From Thermoanaerobaculia bacterium (lineage in GTDB: Bacteria; Acidobacteriota; Thermoanaerobaculia; Gp7-AA8), in NCBI GenBank assembly GCA_035248585.1, contig DATFHJ010000107.1, forward strand, positions 2,523 through 66,522: a DNA stretch of 64,000 bases. The letters run 5' to 3'. How positions within the stretch are numbered: position 1 is the stretch's first letter; each line of letters opens with the position of its first letter. The notes beneath the pieces were generated by a model that saw only the letters and a list, made by a program, of their open reading frames with translations, was not told the origin of the DNA and did not search any database. Shown here one piece after another: positions 16,715 through 24,228 of this stretch. Made by a program: the position numbers and the translations under genes.

Positions 16715-17160
16715 CACACCTTGTTGTCGTTCAACCACTGGTCGAGGAAGTTGTAAAAGCGGGGATCGTAGGCGGCGCTGTGGTCGCGCAGCCAGGCCCG
16801 ATGCGTGCCGCCGAAGAGGCGCATCGAGCCGCAAAACCACGTCTTCATCTCCTGCTCCGATCCCAGGAACCAGAGATCATCGAGATAGCCGATGCACAGC
16901 CGGGCGATCAGGTCGTATTTCGGCGCCTCGTCGCCCGTGAATTTGTTCTTGTAGTCCGCGGTGTTCGCCGGATCCATGTACCTGGCGTTGTTGGCGAGCA
17001 TCTGCATCAGCGTGGACCACTCTTTCGTGCAGAACGTCCAGCGCCACTGGCGGATGCTGTTCCGCAACGTGTTGATGCCGACGATCAACGCGCAGAGGGT
17101 CAGGAACGGCGGAACGAAGGTGGCGACGAACCAGATCCAATCGCGCGCGGGTGCAGGCAT
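16714..17160 (-). CDS. Hypothetical single-pass membrane protein (148 aa)
   Basis: The ATG at 17160 lies 2 nt after the upstream stop. It has an N-terminal TM (WIWFVATFVPPFLTLCALIVGI), GC3-rich codons and no recognisable motif. Confidence 0.5.
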   Translation of the reverse strand: MPAPARDWIWFVATFVPPFLTLCALIVGINTLRNSIRQWRWTFCTKEWSTLMQMLANNARYMDPANTADYKNKFTGDEAPKYDLIARLCIGYLDDLWFLGSEQEMKTWFCGSMRLFGGTHRAWLRDHSAAYDPRFYNFLDQWLNDNKV

Positions 17161-17162
17161 GA

Positions 17163-18281
17163 TCAGTTCCTTTCGGCGATGACGGCGCGTTGCTGGACGA
17201 GCCACGACAGCATCGCCGCGGCGCGCGGGCGGGGCATGGCGTGCGACCAGCGGTCGAGGATCGCATGCGCGGGTGTGCGGGCGGCGATCGTGGCGACGAG
17301 CGGCGCGAGCGGCGTGCCGCCGAGGTAGACGACGTCGTCGCCGGCGGCGGTGCGGATGGCCGGCTCGAGCTCGACGAAGTCGCCGCGGATCGCGGGGGCG
17401 ATCACTTGCGCGTGCTCGTTCGTGGAGATAAGCAGGTCATCTGCAATCGCGGCGGGCGTTTCTTCGAACACTTCGTTCGTCCAGCGCGCGTGCTGCGCGG
17501 AGACGCGTTGCACGTGGGAGGTGTAGAAGCGGATCGCGGCGCCGGTGTTTTCGGGGCGGCGGAGGATCGTGTGCACGGCGGTCGAGGCGGCGATGGCGCT
17601 GCCGATCGCCGCTTGCACGCCGGAGGATGTGATCGGATCGATGGCGAAGGCGGCTTCGCCGATCGAGGCGGAGTGCTCGTCGATCGGTGCGTCGCAGACG
17701 TACGGCGTGGCGTCGAAGGCGTGCGGCGGCGACGTTGGGACGCTGTTCGTAAATTGGGATAACGCGCCGGTGTAGACGGCGGTGTAGGTCCCGTCGGGGA
17801 GCGTGGCGCCCCAGAACCAGTCGTCGCCGCGCCGGAGGAAGAGCGGCAACTGGCGTTGCCGCACTCCAAAGCGCGCGTGCCAGGCGATGAGGCGCGGGGC
17901 GGTGAAGCGGCGCGGGCGGCGGGAGAGGTTGGCGCGGCCGGTGGCGTCGATGAAGAACTGATGGACTGCGGCGGCAGAGCCGCCGCTTTGGAAAGCGGCG
18001 GCTCTGCCGCCGCAGTCCAAAAAGAGAACTTCGACGCCGGCATCGCGCGCGGCATCGAGCAGCATCGAATCGAATTGAGCGCGGTCGACGACGAGCGATT
18101 GCGGAGCCTCGAGGCCGAGGTTCGCGAGATGCACGCGCACCCCGGGCGAGAGCGACTCGCCGACGTGCGGGCGCGGGAACGTGCGGCGCTCGACGAGGCG
18201 CACCGAATGTCCCAGCTTCGCGAGGCGGATCGCGGCGGCGCTGCCGGCGGGACCGCCGCCGGCGATGAGGACGTCGATCAC
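17163..18281 (-). CDS. FAD-dependent oxidoreductase/monooxygenase, in the operon position of LodB/GoxB/QhpG
   Basis: The GTG at 18281 overlaps the upstream stop (GTGA). Dinucleotide-binding motif VLIAGGGPAGSAAAIRLAKLGHSVRLVER and GESLSPG are present. The rest of track ORF 17163-19280 is out-of-frame overlap with the rSAM gene. Confidence 0.8.
   Translation of the reverse strand: MIDVLIAGGGPAGSAAAIRLAKLGHSVRLVERRTFPRPHVGESLSPGVRVHLANLGLEAPQSLVVDRAQFDSMLLDAARDAGVEVLFLDCGGRAAAFQSGGSAAAVHQFFIDATGRANLSRRPRRFTAPRLIAWHARFGVRQRQLPLFLRRGDDWFWGATLPDGTYTAVYTGALSQFTNSVPTSPPHAFDATPYVCDAPIDEHSASIGEAAFAIDPITSSGVQAAIGSAIAASTAVHTILRRPENTGAAIRFYTSHVQRVSAQHARWTNEVFEETPAAIADDLLISTNEHAQVIAPAIRGDFVELEPAIRTAAGDDVVYLGGTPLAPLVATIAARTPAHAILDRWSHAMPRPRAAAMLSWLVQQRAVIAERN
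17963..18018. repeat. Double-hairpin palindromic element, family C (GGACT-GCGGCGGCagaGCCGCCGC-TTTGGAAA-GCGGCGGCtctGCCGCCGC-AGTCC), in frame inside the flavoprotein CDS
   Basis: The arms are perfect 27-nt reverse complements. Within the gene it encodes ...DCGGRAAAFQSGGSAAAV... Confidence 0.85.
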
Positions 18282-19495
18282 GCGAGCGCTCCGAGCTCGG
18301 CGTAGGTCTCGAGGCAGTAGTGCAGCCAGCCGCGGATGAAGTCGCACGCGGGGCGTCCGCGGTGGATGACTTCGTGATGGCATCCGCCGCCGCAGAGGTA
18401 GCGCGCCCAGCATGAGCGGCACGGCTCCTGCCGCATGACGTGGCGCTCGTCGAGCCAGCGCGACTGCCGCGCGCGATCCGGGCCCTGCGCGAGATCGCCC
18501 ATCGCCCCGGCCTCGTCGCCGACGAAACGATGGCAGGCGGAGAGCTCGCCGTCCGCGGAAACGCCGAGGTAGCTCGCGCCGGCGCCGCAGGGATAAGGAC
18601 GATGCGTGCCGCGGTCGAGCTCGCGCAACGCGTTGACGAGATTCGCGAACGCATAGCGCTCGCCGCGCCGCGCGCGGCGGCGGAGCTCGTCGCCGCACTC
18701 GATCATCGCGGCGAGCATTCGCTCGAGATCGCGCGCGTGCATTTCGTTGTCGTGCGACGGCGCGGTGAGCATCGGCGAAAAGCCGACGCTGTGAAATCCG
18801 CGCGCGAGCAGCTCGTCGAGCGTTTCCTTCAGCGCGAGATTGCGCGGCGTGACGGTCACGCGCGCGGAGACCTGCATCCGCCGCTGCATCCGCAGCAGCG
18901 GCTCGACGCGCGTCATCAACTCGTCGAAGCTCCCCCGTCCGCTCTTGAACGGCCGCTGCGCGTCGTGCGCGGCGCCGATGCCGTCGATGCTGATCGTGAC
19001 GGCGAAGGCGTGTTTCTCGAAGAACTCCGCATCGTCTTCGCGGAGCAGCGTGCCGTTCGTCGTGATCGAGAACGTTGCGCCTCGCGCCGCGGCGTACTCC
19101 GTTGCGCGCCGCACGACGTCGCGATTGATGAGCGGCTCGCCGCCGAGGAAGGCGATGTTCACTTTCTCGCCGGCAGGCAGCAGATCGATGGCGTCGATCG
19201 CTGTTTGCAACGGCATGTTCTTCGCGGCGCCGCCGAAATCGCCCTGCTGCGCGTAGCAGTACGTGCAGCCGAGGTTGCACTTCTGGGCGACGGCGAGCGA
19301 GATCGCGCGCAGCGGCGGATCGACGAGCGGCGCGTCGTCGACGAACGGCGGCGCATCGAGGCCGAGGGCGGCGAGCGTCGCCGCGTCGGGTGCGGCGACG
19401 AGCGCGGCGAACGAGGCGTCATCGAGCTCGTAGATGCGATTGCCGTTGGGGATGAGAATGTGCCGCTCGCCGAACAGATGGACGTCGGCGCTCAT
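18278..19495 (-). CDS. Radical SAM / SPASM-domain maturase (anSME/QhpD-like)
   Basis: The ATG at 19495 overlaps the upstream stop (ATGA). The rSAM cluster is CNLGCTYC. C-terminal auxiliary-cluster cysteines are CGAGASYLGVSADGELSACHRF and CRSCWARYLCGGGCHH. Confidence 0.85.
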   Translation of the reverse strand: MSADVHLFGERHILIPNGNRIYELDDASFAALVAAPDAATLAALGLDAPPFVDDAPLVDPPLRAISLAVAQKCNLGCTYCYAQQGDFGGAAKNMPLQTAIDAIDLLPAGEKVNIAFLGGEPLINRDVVRRATEYAAARGATFSITTNGTLLREDDAEFFEKHAFAVTISIDGIGAAHDAQRPFKSGRGSFDELMTRVEPLLRMQRRMQVSARVTVTPRNLALKETLDELLARGFHSVGFSPMLTAPSHDNEMHARDLERMLAAMIECGDELRRRARRGERYAFANLVNALRELDRGTHRPYPCGAGASYLGVSADGELSACHRFVGDEAGAMGDLAQGPDRARQSRWLDERHVMRQEPCRSCWARYLCGGGCHHEVIHRGRPACDFIRGWLHYCLETYAELGALA

Positions 19496-20355
19496 TCGCT
19501 GTCGCGCCCCCGGATCTCGAACTGCAGCACGGTTTCCCAGCGCCGGAACATGTCTTCGTACGAGTACCAGCCGGCGCCTGCTTCTTCGATCACGTACTGG
19601 CCGGGATTCTCGCCGCGCACCTGCATCCAGTTCTCGCCCGCGCTCGTGCCGGTCGCGCTGACGTCGACATTGACGAAGTCGGGGCGGCTGGCGGCCCAGT
19701 AGTAGCACGCGCACTCGCGATAGTCGTTCTGCCACGGCGAGCAGAGGCTCTGCGTGAGCTGGCCCGGCGAGATCAGGTCGCGGGCGATGACGGCCGTGCC
19801 GGGCTCGAAGAACGCGCGCACTTCGAGCTGGTACGGAACGATCTCGACGTCGGGCCGCACGGCACGCACCGCGCGCTTCTTCGTGAACTCGCACGTCACG
19901 AACTGCCCCGCTTCGCGCACGACCAGCGCCAGCGCGTTGGCCCATTCGAGCGCCGTTGGCCCGAGCTTCTCTACCTCGCCTTTCGCGCGGCGCGGGCCTT
20001 CGACGATGGTGATGATCTGCTGCTCGCCGCGCTGCAGGCGAATGCGCACGAGTCGATGGAAGAGCAGGTCTTTGTACTCGGGATCGGCGGCGACGACGAG
20101 GTTGTCCGACTCGTGCAACTCGATGCCTTTGAAGATGTTCTTCCAGACGTTGCGGAAGTCGAACTCGAGTCCGGGGAAGCAGTTCGAGATCGCGGTCGTC
20201 GGCAGCGTTCCGGGCGGATTTCCGGCGGCGCGATAGGAGAGCTGCTCCAGCAGCGCGTCCGCGGGAATCGCCTTCGGCGCGAAGTTTCCCTCCATCGCCT
20301 GCACGGCCAGCGGCTTCCCCGCGCGCGCCGTTTGATTGATCGGCTTCGCGCTCAT
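19492..20355 (-). CDS. LodA/GoxA-like oxidase, C-terminal half carrying the putative CTQ Cys/Trp motif
   Basis: CSPWQNDYRECACYYWAASRPDF resembles the CPWQADF...YWWP region of LodA-family quinoproteins. The ATG at 20355 overlaps the upstream stop (ATGA). Confidence 0.6.
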   Translation of the reverse strand: MSAKPINQTARAGKPLAVQAMEGNFAPKAIPADALLEQLSYRAAGNPPGTLPTTAISNCFPGLEFDFRNVWKNIFKGIELHESDNLVVAADPEYKDLLFHRLVRIRLQRGEQQIITIVEGPRRAKGEVEKLGPTALEWANALALVVREAGQFVTCEFTKKRAVRAVRPDVEIVPYQLEVRAFFEPGTAVIARDLISPGQLTQSLCSPWQNDYRECACYYWAASRPDFVNVDVSATGTSAGENWMQVRGENPGQYVIEEAGAGWYSYEDMFRRWETVLQFEIRGRDSE

Positions 20356-21719
20356 TCCTTTTCCTCCTCGGGGGGCGCCGGCGTGCTGAACACGACCTGC
20401 TCACTCGCCTGCCGGTTGCCCGAGCCGCGGATGGCGTTGTACTGCCGGCGCGTGAGCGCGAGGTGCAGTCCATCGCTGCCGCGCATCATCGCCGGCATCT
20501 TGCGGCGGCCTTTGTCGCTGAGGTCCCCGACTTCGTCCCACTCGCGCAGCACTTCGCTGAACCACGGCGCGCTGCCGCTTTGCAGCGCGGCGAAGACGCT
20601 TTGATGCAGCGCGCGCAGCGCGATCGTGTCGACGAGGGCGCGGGCCATGATCGGCTCGATCGCGCGTCCGAGGTAGCTGTCGTGCAGCACCATGCAGTTC
20701 GAAGGCTGGGGCGGATCGTCGGCCGTGACCGGATTCCCGTTCAGTACGACCGTGTTCTGCAGCCTCACGGTTTCGAACGCGCGCCGCAGGATTTCCTCGG
20801 TCCACTCCGGCGACACGTCTTCGTCCGCGACGTGCGGACCGAGGAGCACCTGTTCGAGCTCGTCGGCCACGGTGCGCACCGGAAAACTGTCGGGCGCGTA
20901 GTCGGGAGGTCCGGCGCCGATGCGCGCGAACGCAGACAAGTTCAACTTCGCGATGCGCACTTCGACGAGACCGTCGCATTCGTCGTCGAGATAGCCGCGG
21001 CTCGTGCTCCGCTCGTCGTCGAGGCGCGCGTAGATGTAGCCGGGATTCGTGATCGTCTCCGTGGGATTCATGTTGTCGTCGCTCCAGCCGTCCCACGCGC
21101 CGCGGCGGCTGTCGTAGATCACATCGGCGACGTCTTTGTCGCGCGTGAGGCGGCCGGTGGCGCCGTAGACCACGCCCTTGCCGGGCGTGAAGCGCGCGCG
21201 GATTTCCGGGAACTCGCCGGTCGGCTGGAGGAACTGCACGTCGCCGAACGGCAGCGTTTTCTTCGGCAGGAAATGCTCGCAGCGGCCGAGCAGCTTGTGC
21301 GGCGCGTGACCGGTGAACCAGCCGGTGTCGGCGTCGATGCGGTCGAGCGGATCGCGCGTGCGGCGAAACGCTTTCTGATTGCCGACCTGCACGCGCCACT
21401 CGACATCGCCGGCACTCACGTGCGCCATCGTCAGCGGCACGAGCGTGCCGTCGACGTCGGCCCAGACTTCGAGGAACGGCGCGACCGGCTTCACGCGCTT
21501 GCGTTTGTCCTGGAAGCGCACGGGATCGGGCGGCGTGTAGACGCGCGTGATGACGCCGCGCTTGCGGTCGACGTCGAACGTCGGCGCGCCGTGAAGCTCG
21601 CGAAAGCCGAGCGGATCGACTTCCGAGACGCGGACGTCGTAGTTTTCGAGCGGATCGGGCGACGAGCCGAGGCGGGCGATGGCGAGCGGCGGGAGGATGC
21701 GCAGCGCGCGGATCGTCAT
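20352..21719 (-). CDS. LodA/GoxA-like oxidase, N-terminal half
   Basis: The N-terminus MTIRALRILPPLAIARLGSSPDP resembles the HP(A/S)IG(I/V)ARLGNS opening of LodA-family proteins. The ATG at 21719 overlaps the upstream stop (ATGA). Confidence 0.6.
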   Translation of the reverse strand: MTIRALRILPPLAIARLGSSPDPLENYDVRVSEVDPLGFRELHGAPTFDVDRKRGVITRVYTPPDPVRFQDKRKRVKPVAPFLEVWADVDGTLVPLTMAHVSAGDVEWRVQVGNQKAFRRTRDPLDRIDADTGWFTGHAPHKLLGRCEHFLPKKTLPFGDVQFLQPTGEFPEIRARFTPGKGVVYGATGRLTRDKDVADVIYDSRRGAWDGWSDDNMNPTETITNPGYIYARLDDERSTSRGYLDDECDGLVEVRIAKLNLSAFARIGAGPPDYAPDSFPVRTVADELEQVLLGPHVADEDVSPEWTEEILRRAFETVRLQNTVVLNGNPVTADDPPQPSNCMVLHDSYLGRAIEPIMARALVDTIALRALHQSVFAALQSGSAPWFSEVLREWDEVGDLSDKGRRKMPAMMRGSDGLHLALTRRQYNAIRGSGNRQASEQVVFSTPAPPEEEKE

Positions 21720-23143
21720 TGGATCGCCTCCAGCCTTTCCTGCGCGTTGAGCAACCGCTCGACGATCTGCATCGCCAGCTCATCGTGATCCTTCAGCGCG
21801 CGGAGATAGGTGCGATGCGTTTCGCCGGCGACGTCGAGCTGGCCGATCAGTTTCGCCGCGCCGTTGATGAGATCGCGGTGCACGCGCCATTTGTCGGAGT
21901 CCCAGTCCGGCAGCGCGAGGGTGTACGGCGCCTGGAACGGCGGGCCGGCGCGCGCGTCGCCGCCGTCTTTGTCGAGCGGCAGCGAGACGAGGATCGAGGC
22001 GATCGAGCGGAGGTTGTACATCTCGCCGAACGTCCAGGCGATGAGATTGCCGCGCGCGGTCGGGCGATCGACGGGATCGCCTTCTTCGACGTGGAAGGCG
22101 TGCTTGAGCGTGAACAGGAGCTTGCGGTAGCGAAGGTTGAAGAGATTCGCCCACAACTGCGAGCGCGCGTTCGTGATGCGCGCGCAGCCGAGCGGTCCAT
22201 ACGTCGGAATCTCGTCCTCCGGCGCCGGCTCGGCCGTGGGATTCGTCGGGATGTTGCGCGACGGCGGATTCTCCTCGGGGAATGCCTCGTAGATGCGCAG
22301 GAAGCGGCTGAAGTGGGAGAGCTCGTCGTTGGCGCCGACCGGCGCTTCGCCCTGTTGGGCGATGTTGATGAGCGCTTTGACGGTCGAGGCACGGTCGATG
22401 GCCGGCAGCACGCGCACGTCCGGCGTTTTGGGCGGGAACTCGCGCCCGATGTTGCCGCGCTCGCCGGCGCCGTAGCCGCGCGCCCATTCATCCCACGAGG
22501 CCTGGTACGGCGCGGTGTCGGTGCGGAAGTCGGCGGCGGTGAGCACCTCTTCGTCTTCGAAGACGGCGATGAGCTCGCGATACAACACGCCGACCGGCAG
22601 GATCTCGCGGCCATCGTCCGCGCGCCGCGCGCGCTCTTTGATCTCCGCCGCCGCCGGGGTTTCCAGCCAGTCCTCCGGCGCCTCGGCGATCACATATTTC
22701 GCGAGCGATGCTTTCGTCGCCGGCTCGAGGACGAAGTGGAACGGATAGAACTCGCTGCGGAACGGATAGTCCTCGCGCTCGAGGTGCAGTGGACCGCCGA
22801 TGAGACGGAGGATGTTCTGCACGGTGATGAGATGTCCCATCTCCTCTTTGGCGATGCCGAGGATGACTTCGCGCCATTGCCGCGCTTTCTCGTGCTGGTC
22901 GCCGGCGACGGTGGTGCCGCCGAGGGAGTACGCGGCATAGAGGTACTGCACCATCAACGCATGCTCGACCTCGGAGGCGACATGCAGGAGGAAGACGGCG
23001 TAGTCGTGCCACGAAAGCTCGGGCGGCGGCTCGCGCCGCTCCGGCGCCGCGGCGGCGAGGCCCGCTTCTTCGAGCACCGCAGCCTCGCGCCGCGGGCGCG
23101 CCGCCGCCGTCGATACGAGGTACCTCCGCAGACTCGGTCGCAT
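21716..23143 (-). CDS. Ferritin-like four-helix-bundle protein (Pfam Ferritin-like / VioB-RebD-type domain), first gene of the operon
   Basis: HVASEVEHALMVQYLYAAYSL and IAKEEMGHLITVQNIL are the paired E..H helices typical of this family. Confidence 0.65.
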   Translation of the reverse strand: MRPSLRRYLVSTAAARPRREAAVLEEAGLAAAAPERREPPPELSWHDYAVFLLHVASEVEHALMVQYLYAAYSLGGTTVAGDQHEKARQWREVILGIAKEEMGHLITVQNILRLIGGPLHLEREDYPFRSEFYPFHFVLEPATKASLAKYVIAEAPEDWLETPAAAEIKERARRADDGREILPVGVLYRELIAVFEDEEVLTAADFRTDTAPYQASWDEWARGYGAGERGNIGREFPPKTPDVRVLPAIDRASTVKALINIAQQGEAPVGANDELSHFSRFLRIYEAFPEENPPSRNIPTNPTAEPAPEDEIPTYGPLGCARITNARSQLWANLFNLRYRKLLFTLKHAFHVEEGDPVDRPTARGNLIAWTFGEMYNLRSIASILVSLPLDKDGGDARAGPPFQAPYTLALPDWDSDKWRVHRDLINGAAKLIGQLDVAGETHRTYLRALKDHDELAMQIVERLLNAQERLEAIQ

Positions 23144-23188
23144 GCTATGGAGGAGTGTCTTGCGGGAGGGATTCCCCTACCCGCCGTG

Positions 23189-23217
23189 GAAAAGCGGTGG
23201 CTATGCCACCGCAGTCC
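23189..23217. repeat. Family C palindromic element, half copy with compensatory stem change
   Basis: GAAAAGCGGTGGCTATGCCACCGCAGTCC compares with the right half of 17963-18018. The C-to-T change and its partner G-to-A change keep the hairpin intact. Confidence 0.6.
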
Positions 23218-23223
23218 AAAGCG

Positions 23224-24228
23224 TCACTTGAAGTTCGTGAACGGCTCGAACGTCAATGCGAACGATCCGAAGCGCTGATTTTCGATCGCGCCCAAGGGTA
23301 CGTCGAATTCGGCCGAGCGCTCGATCACGGTGTACGTAAGGCGCCAGCGTTTGTAGCGTGCGGAGAAACCGGCGCGGAGGTCGTGAACGAGCTCCTTCGG
23401 ATCGGGCGCGCCGTCGAGCGTGGCGTTGTAGGGGACGTAGCGCGCGTACGCGCCGCCGAAGACGTAGACCTCATAGCGGTGCACCGGATTCGGGCTCGCG
23501 GCGTTGTTGATGACGCCGATGGGGAAGCCGGTGACGTGATAGCCGAGGCGCAGCGTGGCGCCGGCATTCGCGTTCGTTTGCGGGGATCCGAGCATGGCTC
23601 CGAATTCGGGAACGAGGTCGACGGTGTCGGGAACGAAGACGAAACGCCGCAATTGAAGGTAGCGCAGCGACAGCACGGGCTCGTTGTCCAACTGGTTGTG
23701 CCAGCCGCTCGGATCTTTGTCGCTGAAGCCGAGGGTGTTGTGCACGAACTTCTGCACGCGCTGCGCGCCGGCGCCGGGGCCCAGAATGCCGGCGTCGACT
23801 TCGAAGACGTGCATTTGGCGAAAGTCCGGATCGGTGATGCTCTCGGCGACGCCGGCATACAGCACACCCGCCCACGGACGATCGAACGGCTGCGGCGCGG
23901 CGATGGTGATGTTCTCGGGTGTGTAGAAGTTCTGGCCGAAGACCGCGCTGACGGAGGCGATGGGCGTCACGCCGTCGATGCCGCCGAGGTGGTTCCACGT
24001 CCAGTCGCGCACGGGCGTGACGAAACGCCAGTTCACGATGGTGTTGTCGGTGAACTGTGCGCTGATGCGGACGCCGTTCGTGTAGAAGCGATCGGACTTG
24101 CGGCCGATGCCGAAGTTGTCGTTTTCCCAGTAGACCGTCCACGAGTTGAATTTCCACGCGGCGGAGGCGGGAACGGCGGCGAGGAGGAGAAGCAATCCGA
24201 GCGTCTTGCGCATGACGAACATCCTCAT
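23224..24228 (-). CDS. LpxR-family (DUF2219) outer-membrane lipid A deacylase-like protein
   Basis: Signal peptide MRKTLGLLLLLAAVPASAA, then WENDNFGIGRKSDRFYTNGVRIS, and a beta-barrel-like C-terminus ending in F-x-F. The ATG at 24228 overlaps the upstream stop; an alternative ATG is at 24213. Confidence 0.7.
   Translation of the reverse strand: MRMFVMRKTLGLLLLLAAVPASAAWKFNSWTVYWENDNFGIGRKSDRFYTNGVRISAQFTDNTIVNWRFVTPVRDWTWNHLGGIDGVTPIASVSAVFGQNFYTPENITIAAPQPFDRPWAGVLYAGVAESITDPDFRQMHVFEVDAGILGPGAGAQRVQKFVHNTLGFSDKDPSGWHNQLDNEPVLSLRYLQLRRFVFVPDTVDLVPEFGAMLGSPQTNANAGATLRLGYHVTGFPIGVINNAASPNPVHRYEVYVFGGAYARYVPYNATLDGAPDPKELVHDLRAGFSARYKRWRLTYTVIERSAEFDVPLGAIENQRFGSFALTFEPFTNFK

Noticed and set aside
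17163-19280. Track ORFs that would give single giant proteins: 17163-19280 (705 aa), 18278-20473 (731 aa), 26411-29209 (932 aa), 27511-29244, 28851-30230, 31987-33279 and 45642-48467 (941 aa).
   Set aside because: Only the C-terminal part of each carries real domains. The N-terminal extensions overlap the upstream same-strand gene in another frame and are Arg-rich. Internal ATG/GTG/TTG starts that overlap the upstream stop codons give sensible N-termini or signal peptides.
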